64,000 nt of DNA from Acidobacteriota bacterium (GTDB lineage Bacteria > Acidobacteriota > UBA6911 > RPQK01 > JAJDTT01). Both the position numbers and the translations under genes were made by a program. The notes under the pieces are model-generated. The model was given only the letters and a program-made list of their open reading frames with translations, was not told the DNA's origin and did not search any database. Location: positions 1,792,001 to 1,856,000 of the forward strand of contig OZ242374.1 in assembly GCA_965209055.1 (NCBI GenBank), given 5' to 3'. Positions 21,765 through 30,300 of the stretch are shown one piece after another (the stretch's first letter is position 1; every line of letters starts with the position of its first letter).

Positions 21765-22131
21765 ACTAAGGGGTTGCCTGGGTTTTGGCTTCTACGCTAT
21801 CCAGGCTCTGCCGGTGTACCGCGGCGGATCAGGAATTTTTCGGAATAGACTCAACGTGATTTCCGGTCCGCGAACTCCAGACCTTGAGCGATAGGAAAAA
21901 CGCGATCCTGATTCCGGACCTCGGCCGGGGTTTCGTTTGTTTCCTGGGGGTGTGGAGACAAACGTCGTTCGCTGGTGGTGTCCTATTATGAATTTTCAGG
22001 CGGTAGCGGGGATTTTGGTACGGAGTGTGCTTGACAGGGGCTGATGAGGCCACCGCATGAACAAAATTCAAGTCTGGACGCTACTTGGTAGTGTCCGGAT
22101 ATTGGGACCGTGCAGAAAATTTGACCCCGGA

Positions 22132-22542
22132 TTACTGACTTCGCAGGTATTGCTCGGGGACAATCGGTTCTGGGAGTCGGCGCTTCTTGGACCTGGCAGC
22201 CAGTTCTTGCTGATACCCCCACCAATCTTTTTCGTTTTTAGGCCATCCAACTATGTTGGAATGCCCTGGCGGGTCATCGTCATCGTCTATGTCAAGTCCG
22301 CTTTGGCAAACGTCGGAGCGGGTCAATTCACCCCATCCATAGAGACGTTTCGCATAGCGTTGTTCCTGGACGACTCTGAGTCCCTCCTCGATGATCTCCT
22401 GGTCAGACTTGCCTTCAGTCCTGTAAACAGAGAGTTCGTGATTCTTATTTGGTTTGAACAGTCGAGGAGGGGGATGAGAGGTCCGGGACTTTATTTTGTT
22501 TCTCTCGACCGCGTATCGGGCGAGTGGAGTGTCTGATGCCAT
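22132..22542 (-). CDS. Hypothetical protein, candidate ART/RES-like toxin
   Basis: LARY...FKP...ELSVYR...DDDPPGHSNI pattern; third gene of a tight operon; function inferred. Confidence 0.55.
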   Translation of the reverse strand: MASDTPLARYAVERNKIKSRTSHPPPRLFKPNKNHELSVYRTEGKSDQEIIEEGLRVVQEQRYAKRLYGWGELTRSDVCQSGLDIDDDDDPPGHSNIVGWPKNEKDWWGYQQELAARSKKRRLPEPIVPEQYLRSQ

Positions 22543-22569
22543 TCAGATTTGCTCCGAATCCGAAACAAC

Positions 22570-23193
22570 TTATCCACACACTTTGCGGATCAAGTCCAGA
22601 ATGGACTCGGGAATCTTCTTCGTCCACGGTTCTGAGCCCTGTCCTTTTTCCCCTTGCATCCAGTAGGCGAAACCAATCTCTCCAGAGGAGAGAATACCGA
22701 TGTCCAGCATTACACGGTCTCTTGGAGTCCATTCAAACTCGATGGAGCCAAACGGGGTAGCACCGACGTAGAGATCTTCGTCGAGGGCTTCCTCGGGCAG
22801 TTGCTTGATGAACGAACGCGCAGTCTTGACTGTTTTAAGAGTAACCCGATCCGCGCCTTCTCCATCCCAGTTGTCCTCTTCACAGTTTCGTTTCAGTTGA
22901 TTGACCTCCTGGAGAATTCGTTGCCGCTGATCTGGAGGGTCGCTCACGTTGTGAGTTGGCCTGGGTGTGACGTTCGATATGGGGGACATTCCCGTGCCGC
23001 TTTCGTAATGGGGTCTTGAGAACGCGCCGGTATCAGAACTACTTGTGGGGACCTGGGCACCAGTAAGGCTGATGAAGAGCAAGGTAACCGGCACAGCTGA
23101 GGCCATCAATGGCGTGATAATGCGACGCCGGTCGGATCCAGTGTCAGTGTACTTGGACTGGTCGTTGGAGTAGATCCTCTGTGGGTCGTTCAT
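22570..23193 (-). CDS. Hypothetical protein with NWDGEGA...TPFGSIEFEW domain, candidate antitoxin
   Basis: ATGA overlap with upstream gene; low-complexity N-terminus with hydrophobic patch; compact C-terminal domain. Confidence 0.6.
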   Translation of the reverse strand: MNDPQRIYSNDQSKYTDTGSDRRRIITPLMASAVPVTLLFISLTGAQVPTSSSDTGAFSRPHYESGTGMSPISNVTPRPTHNVSDPPDQRQRILQEVNQLKRNCEEDNWDGEGADRVTLKTVKTARSFIKQLPEEALDEDLYVGATPFGSIEFEWTPRDRVMLDIGILSSGEIGFAYWMQGEKGQGSEPWTKKIPESILDLIRKVCG

Positions 23194-23558
23194 TGTATCG
23201 TGCTTCCTCCGTTGTCCTCACTGAGTTCCTTTTCCTTTTTGGCGTCAGGCATGTGTCGCTCCAGCCACGGAATAAGAGACTTCGCCACGGACGGACTGAG
23301 TATGATTTGCACTTCGGCTTCTCGAACGAACCCCTTTCTGGAGTCCCTTGAAATTTCAGGTCCGAGTTTCCCGTCAGGCCTGAGTTCGTGAACAACACGC
23401 TTGGGCATTGGTGAACGCTCGGAATAGAAAATCATTGCAATCGAGCCGCTTGGGGTTTGTCCACCCCATGCTCCATCCGCGTGAATCACACGGAAGTTGT
23501 TAGATTTGATGAAGTGGAAGTCAACTTTGTTACTCGGCAGCCGTTTACGTCGTGCCAT
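23190..23558 (-). CDS. Conserved hypothetical protein (DUF3467-like)
   Basis: FRVIHADGAWGG.TP.G.I...FYSER...REAEV.I.LSP..AKSL..WL; GGAGGA RBS before ATG 23558. Confidence 0.65.
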   Translation of the reverse strand: MARRKRLPSNKVDFHFIKSNNFRVIHADGAWGGQTPSGSIAMIFYSERSPMPKRVVHELRPDGKLGPEISRDSRKGFVREAEVQIILSPSVAKSLIPWLERHMPDAKKEKELSEDNGGSTIQ

Positions 23559-23763
23559 TCTTTCCTCCGCGTGGGTGAGCGTTGCGCCCTTGCCCTTCAC
23601 ACTCAAGACACAAGCGATACAGTTGGTCTCTCAACGTGGATTATAAACTTGCGCTGACTTCTTCTCCAGTACGACATCCTTCATTGACGATCAATTTCAT
23701 CCCCTAGATTCTATACATCAGGATGGAATCGCGTGAAGGTAGCGGCCCGGAATCCATAGGCGA

Positions 23764-24543
23764 CTAACCCGGTAGCAACTGGTCCACCGTCCAAATCGAC
23801 CCCGCCAGTCCCGCCTCCATCGCCGGAGTGCAAGAGAGAGTTCCATGGATGCGGCCGAAGTTGTACCAGAAGAAGTGCAGAGAAAGGGACGCTCGTAGGT
23901 TCTCCAGCTTCTTCGAGAAGCACAGCGTCTTGCGATTCAGGCGGCGGACGAAGTTTCTCAGCGTCAGGTTCTGACGCTCAATCAAGCTGGTGGACACATC
24001 CATGCGTTCCATCCTGCCCATGATCGGGTAGGGCTTGATCCAGGCCGTGCCGTGGCCGAACTCCTTGGTCATTTGGGTGTAGTCCACATCGGCCCCAAAG
24101 ACTCGCTCCACGGCATCAATATAAGCATCCAGGGCGTCCGTGACAATTCTCGGCCGACCGATGATTCGCTCCTGCAACCGGTACATCAACCGATGGGCAA
24201 CCTCCGTGGTGCGTTTCCCCAGGGCGAAGGCCGGGATGAGTTTGGTGTCCCGGTCCATGGCAATGAAGATCCACTGGCTGCCGACCGTCTCCGGGTCCGT
24301 TGATGTTACATGCTTGTCCTTCTTGGCGACGAAAGACCATGCCTCATCCACTTGGACGACCGAGGGCCTGAAACCGCGAATGTGTTCTCGGGAGAGTTCG
24401 TCGCAGTGTTTTCCGGTGCGGACCATGAGCCGCATGATGGTGTCTCGGTGGTTTCCGGTCAGCCGCTCCACCGAACGGATGGAGCAGCCCTCCAGGAGCA
24501 TGTGGATGGCGGTTTTCTGCTTTTGCGGTGAGAGTCGATTCAT
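23764..24543 (-). CDS. IS1-family DDE transposase, single ORF, apparently intact
   Basis: HTH LLEGCSIRSVERLTG; VQVDEAWSFV, IVTDAL, IERQNLTLR, FSKKLEN, IHGTLSCTPAMEAG. Confidence 0.9.
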   Translation of the reverse strand: MNRLSPQKQKTAIHMLLEGCSIRSVERLTGNHRDTIMRLMVRTGKHCDELSREHIRGFRPSVVQVDEAWSFVAKKDKHVTSTDPETVGSQWIFIAMDRDTKLIPAFALGKRTTEVAHRLMYRLQERIIGRPRIVTDALDAYIDAVERVFGADVDYTQMTKEFGHGTAWIKPYPIMGRMERMDVSTSLIERQNLTLRNFVRRLNRKTLCFSKKLENLRASLSLHFFWYNFGRIHGTLSCTPAMEAGLAGSIWTVDQLLPG

Positions 24544-24636
24544 TGTGACTTGACCTGCGCCCTGGCCAAGTCGCACAATGGTGTGGATCAGACACTCAGT
24601 CGTTCAGCGCAACTGGCTTGGGTGGCTTGAGAGTGC

Positions 24637-24664
24637 AAGGCCGGGAGTTGCCGCTCCCGGCCTT
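24637..24664. promoter_or_regulatory. Perfect hairpin upstream of transposase (terminator/attenuator or antisense target)
   Basis: AAGGCCGGGAG-TTGCCG-CTCCCGGCCTT. Confidence 0.55.
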
Positions 24665-24670
24665 ACTGTT

Positions 24671-25150
24671 TCAGTTAGTTTCCTCTACTCTTCTCCTTCT
24701 TCTTCTGACTCGTCGCGGTCTGTCCCAATGCGGCAACCCCCATTTGTTGTTGTGCAGGACGACCCTGGGATTCTCCTTGCTCCGCTCATTGGAGAGAGCG
24801 GTGGAGAACACTCGGCTGGGATTCGCTGACGTGGTTCGTACTCCGTCTATCAACGCCATCTGCGTCAGGTCCTGGATGGGCATCCATTGGTTGGCCGCAT
24901 CCAGCAACGCGACCAGACGGTCAATAGTGTTCTTGGTTTCGTCTGAGACCCCCTTTTCCAGAGAGAATAGGCAGGCCCGCAGTTCGCCGTCAGAATTGGT
25001 CTTGATTTCCGAAATGAGAAGGGTTACCTGGTCCCATGCGCCATCATGTTTCTCCTTGAGGTCCTTGATGAGGGCGATGTGAATCTGGATTTGCTCCCGG
25101 AGTTCCCTCACTACCTCGATTCGCTTTTGGAGTTCTTCATACTGATCCAT
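24671..25150 (-). CDS. Coiled-coil plus HARE-HTH-like winged-helix protein
   Basis: GGGAGGAG RBS; MPIQDLTQMAL..GV.T.SANP...FSTAL......RVV......WGL.HW resembles HARE-HTH; Arg-rich tail. Confidence 0.55.
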   Translation of the reverse strand: MDQYEELQKRIEVVRELREQIQIHIALIKDLKEKHDGAWDQVTLLISEIKTNSDGELRACLFSLEKGVSDETKNTIDRLVALLDAANQWMPIQDLTQMALIDGVRTTSANPSRVFSTALSNERSKENPRVVLHNNKWGLPHWDRPRRVRRRRRRVEETN

Positions 25151-25269
25151 GGACACACTCCTCCCGTTTGACACGGACTTCTCGGCCGGATAGGATCAGG
25201 GAACCACTTGATTCGTGACGCACAGTGGGAATCGGCTAGCAACCAATGTCCACCGTGGCGTCTGGCGTA

Positions 25270-25345
25270 TGAGGGGGGCGGCGGGTATTGACCCCGCGAC
25301 TTCCCGGTTAGCAGCCGGGTGTTCTATCCACTGAACTACGCCCCC
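25270..25345 (-). tRNA. Atypical tRNA-like gene, anticodon GCT, short variable loop
   Basis: GGGGGCG-TA-GTTC-AGTGGATA-GAAC-A-CCCGG-CTGCTAA-CCGGG-AAGTC-GCGGG-GTCAATA-CCCGC-CGCCCCC-C-TCA; all four stems perfectly paired, T-loop and CCA deviant. Confidence 0.8.
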
Positions 25346-25408
25346 TTAATACTCTTCATCAATTGTTCCCAAGCGATCACCTCACCGCGGTTCCAATTGT
25401 CAGGCAGC

Positions 25409-25437
25409 ATTCTACTTTTTTTGGTGGCCTGCGTCAA
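25409..25437 (-). promoter_or_regulatory. Sigma70 promoter for tRNA-like/HTH transcript
   Basis: TTGACG-17 bp-TAGAAT on minus strand. Confidence 0.7.
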
Positions 25438-25479
25438 TGCTGCTACGAAAAAATCTGTCAGGTAGATTGTCGTGTGATT

Positions 25480-25524
25480 AGCATGGATAGCATGGTCAGC
25501 ATGGATAGCATGGTCAGAATGACT
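25480..25524. repeat. 9-bp tandem repeat x5 between divergent promoters
   Basis: AGCATGGAT-AGCATGGTC-AGCATGGAT-AGCATGGTC-AGAATGACT. Confidence 0.8.
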
Positions 25525-25567
25525 ATCAAGAGACTAACAAATACGGTTTTCGTAGCGTGAAATCGTC

Positions 25568-25596
25568 TTGACAGTTTCACCCCGCCTTTCTACAAT
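25568..25596 (+). promoter_or_regulatory. Sigma70 promoter
   Basis: TTGACA-17 bp-TACAAT. Confidence 0.8.
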
Positions 25597-25601
25597 CCTC
25601 A

Positions 25602-25767
25602 CCGTCGTTATCCGCAGCAGGCTCCTGTGTCGGGCCTCCTGCTGAATAGAACAGTCCATATACCCAAGGACCGGGTAGCTCCCGGCCCTTATGGACGAAC
25701 AGGCGGGTATTCCTACAGCCTTGCTGCGAGATGACGACGGGCCCGACTCCTGAACAATGGTCGGGCC
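25602..25767 (+). ncRNA. Candidate structured RNA / leader
   Basis: Starts at predicted TSS; 25602-25623 pairs with 25717-25740; apical stem GTCCATA..AAGG.CCGGG-TAGCT-CCCGG.CCTT.TATGGAC; following hairpin GGCCCGAC..GTCGGGCC. Confidence 0.55.
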
Positions 25768-25860
25768 GTTCGCTCTGTGTCGGCGTGTGAGTCAGCCCAG
25801 CGGTGATTTGAGGCTACTGGGAAACCTCCCTGGCGCAGGGCCCTCGACAAGGAGGTGCCT

Positions 25861-26382
25861 ATGGCCACAAAGAAATCCAAATTCATCAACACCAAGGTTG
25901 CCGGCGTCACCTTCGCCAACGACGACGGCACCCAACGCCAGGACATCATCAAGGGCCTCACCATGGGGGAGCAGGTACTCCTGGTTCGAGACCATGACAA
26001 CGAGCATGACTTCTATGCGGTCCAGGTACAGACCACGGAAAAGGAGGTCATCGGCTGGGTGCCCCGCACAAAGACTCCTCAGGTAGCAACATGGATAGAC
26101 GGTGGAAGGCTTGCGGTTGGCATGGTTGCCAGCCGGGGGAAGGCACGGGGGAAGGACCTTGTTGGTATCAACATTGATATCATGCTCGTGGAGGAGGGGG
26201 ACCGGAGATGGGTGGAGGACTTTCTTCAGACGGGTGATATTGAAGGGGCGCAGCGTCGGGAGAGAAAACGGATTCGGAGAGAGGCAGAAGCGGAAAACAG
26301 CGGCTGTCTACCAAGTCTGCTGATCGTGTGTGCCATCCTCACCCTTGCCGCGGCCTGCGGCCTCGCCATGCTCGGACGGTAA
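25861..26382 (+). CDS. HIRAN domain protein with C-terminal membrane anchor
   Basis: TKVAGVTF, LVRDHDNEHDFYAVQV, IGWVPR; hydrophobic C-terminus; AAGGAGGT RBS. Confidence 0.85.
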   Translation: MATKKSKFINTKVAGVTFANDDGTQRQDIIKGLTMGEQVLLVRDHDNEHDFYAVQVQTTEKEVIGWVPRTKTPQVATWIDGGRLAVGMVASRGKARGKDLVGINIDIMLVEEGDRRWVEDFLQTGDIEGAQRRERKRIRREAEAENSGCLPSLLIVCAILTLAAACGLAMLGR

Positions 26383-26487
26383 CCGCGCAAATTAGGACAC
26401 TACCCGTTCGCTCGATTGAATAGTACCGGCTCTCTTGACATGATACACTGACCAGTCGCGAGAGGCTACCTAGGCCGGACGTTTCGG

Positions 26488-27132
26488 ACCCAAGTGGCAA
26501 GGGCTTTGGAACGGTTGGGCATCGTGTTGATCTTAACGCACTCGCGCCAGCCGCGGGACCGTGCGCGCGGATGTTCGGGACGTGGCAGAGCCGGTTACCG
26601 CAGGAGCTGCGGCTGGGGGGATTGGAACCCTGGAGGAGGTAGACTGGTTCCCGTGGAAGGATTGAATCGGGTTTGCCGATCGGTGCTTCACGACGAAGCC
26701 GGCCGAAGCGGTAACGGCGTCTACTCCGGCTGACGGGATCGATCTGGACAGAAACCTCTCGCATCAGGAGATTCGGGTCGCGGGTGTGGTCAACACGGTG
26801 CGGTACCGGCGGGGGGTGCTGCAGATCGAATCCCTGAAGTTCCGCACCAGCCTGGCAAAGTTTCGGGCGTTGGTGTGTGAGCATCTGGATGGGAGTTTGA
26901 GCCTGTACCATGGAGTTCGCCACCTGGGACGGTAGGACCGGCAAGGATGGTTGTTGCACGAGGGGGTCGCATGAAGGAGGCGGGGTGGAGATCCGGATAA
27001 GCCCTGGGGAGCGTGTAGCTGTCCTGGCCGGAAGATCCTCTGATGGCCAAAAGGCGACGCAATTGGGGCCAGTTGTTACTGACCGGACAGATTTCGTGTC
27101 AAAAATCCGATCAACTTGACGTGCAAATGACA
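26488..27132 (+). pseudogene. Degenerate IS1202-group (ISNCY) transposase with right end
   Basis: Fragments TQVARALERLGI, RMFGTWQSRLPQELRL, NTVRYR, VCEHLDGSLSLYHG; end ACCGGACAGATTT...CCGATCAACTT...TGACA. Confidence 0.75.
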
Positions 27133-27353
27133 GACTCTCTCGCTTGGTGTGGCCACAGAACCTCTTCGGTGCCACGTTCTTGTCCGGGGAACATCTGGAG
27201 TAATGACAAGAATAAGGTATCGTGTCGGTATTGGCATGGTACTATCCCAAGCGGCGCCGTGGATGCTTGCTGGTTCTGTGTGAATCAGCAAAATTCCTGA
27301 AGAATTTTTTGGGGGAATGTCGGCGTCGCTTTTAGTATTAGGAGGAAAGTCAA

Positions 27354-30300
27354 ATGCTAAGACACACGGTCAGTGGGTTCGCCTCAGTTTGCGACGTTTT
27401 CAGAAGAGATATTTTTTTCTGCATCAGGAGGGGCTTTCTCCCCCTCTTGGCGGCAATGCTGCTCGCTGCGCCGCAGTTGGCGTTCGCGAACGGTCTGTCC
27501 GTGACCGTAAATCCCGGGTCGTTGGATCTCACCGAAGGAGGAAGTACCGGTGAATACACGGTGGTTCTGGACGATGCGCCAGAGGAGGACGTTGTCATAG
27601 AGGTGGTGGGTGTCGACGAGGATGTCCTGACTGTCAGTACTGCCACGCTCACTTTTACTGCCGACGTTGGAGATACCGAAGGCTCCTGGAACACCGCCCA
27701 GACCGTTACAGTGACGACCGTCGAGGACGACGATGCTGCGGACGAAAGGATCGTCCTGACGCACACAGCGAAGATGGGACGCCGTGACGCCGTACCACTG
27801 GCGGCGGATACTTCCGTGGTTGTGAGAATCACGGACGATGACACAGCTAACAAACGCGTGATCATCTCGGAGACGGAAGCGACCGTCCCTGAGGCGGGCG
27901 TGGCCGATACCTATACAGTGACCCTGGGAACCCGGCCCACGGGGACCGTAACGGTGGACGTCGGCGGTGTAACGGGTGAGCTTTCAGTCAGCCCTTCACG
28001 TCTGGTTTTCAGACCGGGGGATTGGAGAGACGGAGCCGGGAGTGCTATTACGCCGGCCGCGAAGACGGTTTCGATCTTTGCGGGCAATGACTTCGACGCG
28101 GACGATGACAAGGCCACCCTGACACACAAGGTGAGAGGTGGGGATTACAGCAACGTACGAGCAGGGACGGTCGAGGTGACGGTTGACGACGACGACACAC
28201 GACGTATAACGGTCGTTCCAGCCTCGTTGAACGTAGCGATAGAGAAGAGTGGAACCTTCACGATCAAACTGGACACACAACCGAAGGGGACGGTGACCGT
28301 TCTGGTGGTAAAGGACCCGAGCAATACGGATGCCCAAGTCAGGGTGAGTCCCAGCAGTGTGAGATTTTCGACCGGCGACTGGAATCGACCGAAGACGGTA
28401 ACGGTCACGGCAGGGTCATCGGCTGTCGCCGGTTCCGCGACGGTGGATCTGAGTGTGGACGCATCACCGAAAAATCGGGACACGGACTACACCACTACCG
28501 AACTATCTTCTGCGACTGTCGGGGTAACTATTTCGGACGCGCTGCCCTCGGAGACCGTAACACTGACTAGTTTCCCGAGTCTCGTGGAGGAAGGGTCGAC
28601 AAAGGAGTACACCGTTAAATTGGACAGGAATCCCAGTGTGGCGACCCGGACCGTTTACGTGACCTCCTCAGATACCGCCTCCGTCACTGTGGCACCGGCC
28701 TCATTGGATTTCACCCAAGATCCTGAGGGCACAACAGACGGCACATGGAGAACGTCTCGGACTGTAACCGTCACCGGCGTACGGGATGGCGACGCGGTGG
28801 AAGAGACCGTCGTCGTGGCCCATCGGTTTACTTCAGCAACTGGACCCATTGTCAGAACCTCAACAGTGAGGGTTGACGAACTGAATACGCGCGGCGTGTC
28901 GGTCTCCAGAACCGAACTGGAGGTCAAGGAGGGTACGAGTAACACCTACACCCTCACTCTGGACTCTGACCCGGTTGGCGGGCCCGTAACGGTGACGATC
29001 ACCGCATCCTCAAACCAGGTCACCATCAGTCCCTCTCAGGTGACATTCACGAGTCAGGGGGTTTCGGAGACGGTGACGGTGACTGCTGTTGGAGACGAAG
29101 ATGCATCAGCAAACCCCTCCGTCACCTTGAGTCACAAGGTCCGTGGTGCTGTTGGGGACTACGACAACTTCTCGGTGAGTAACGTCAAGGTGACGGTCCC
29201 GGAGGCCCAAAAAACCGGCATCGAGATTATGGGCCAGCCGGCGAGCATGACTGAGGGAACCAGTGAAACGTACGAAGTTCGTTTGACGGCCCAACCAACG
29301 GGAACCGTGACGGTTCGGATACGTAGCGACTCCGATGACGTGACCCTGAGACCGTCCCAGTTGAGGTTCACGACCAGTAGTTGGAATCAATATCAGACGG
29401 TCAGGATCAGAGCCGAACATGACGCCGATGCGGACGACGACCCGGAGGTGACGTTGACGCACATCGCGAGTGGAGGCGGCTACGACCAGGTGTCGAAGGA
29501 AACCCAGCTGGACGTCATGGAAGACGATGTGTCCCAGAAGGGTGTACGCGTAAGTCCAAGTGCATTGACGATTACCGAGGGTGGATCCGAGAGAAGGTAC
29601 ACGATCAATCTCATGACCAGACCTACGGCAACCGTACGGGTACGGTTGGGAGTTGACCCGTCTGACGCGGCACCCAGAATTCAGATAAAACCGAATCAGA
29701 TGACATTCACTCCGGACAATTGGAATGTTCCGGTGACGGTGACGGTAAGTGCGCCAGAGGACCACGTTGACCAAGGTACCCACACTGACGTGGACGTAAC
29801 CCACACACTAAGCGGTGGCGGCTACGACGACCAGGCGCCTACTGTAGATGTGAGAATCAGAGACAACGACGAACGGGGTGTCACCCTGAATCCTGTGGAA
29901 TTGGAGGTCGTTCAGGGCTTTTGGCAGGAATACACCGTAAGACTGGATTCTCAGCCTGCTTCAACTACTGCCGGCGCCCCCGTTGTAACAATCAGTCCGA
30001 CAAGAGGTGTTACCGGTGTGACGGTGAGTCCGGGAACGTTGACCTTCACGGCATCAAATTGGTCCTCTCCACAGAAGGTAAGGGTCAGTGCCGGGGACGA
30101 CGCTACGCCGGGCACAGGGTCTGTGACACACACGGTTGCCGCAGCAGACACCGACTACAGTGCTGAATCGGCTGGCAGTGTGGCCCTTGACATCAAGGAC
30201 AACGCCGTGGATGGCGTCGCCGTAAGTCCAACCGTACTGGAGGTTCTGGAAGGGACCAGTGAGTCTTACACCATCGTGTTGACGCAGAAACCTGATAAGA

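Larger units (their letters stand above)
21974..26404. mobile_element. IS1-family cargo transposon, 4431 bp
   Basis: Left IR GGTGGTGTCCTATTATG (21974-21990), right IR CAAATTAGGACACTACC (26388-26404), 14/17 match; perfect 8-bp TSD CGTTCGCT (21966-21973, 26405-26412); internal transposase. Confidence 0.9.

Noticed and set aside
25480-25524. Tandem repeat as mini-CRISPR
   Set aside because: 9-bp units, no spacers, no cas genes; no CRISPR array seen anywhere in the window
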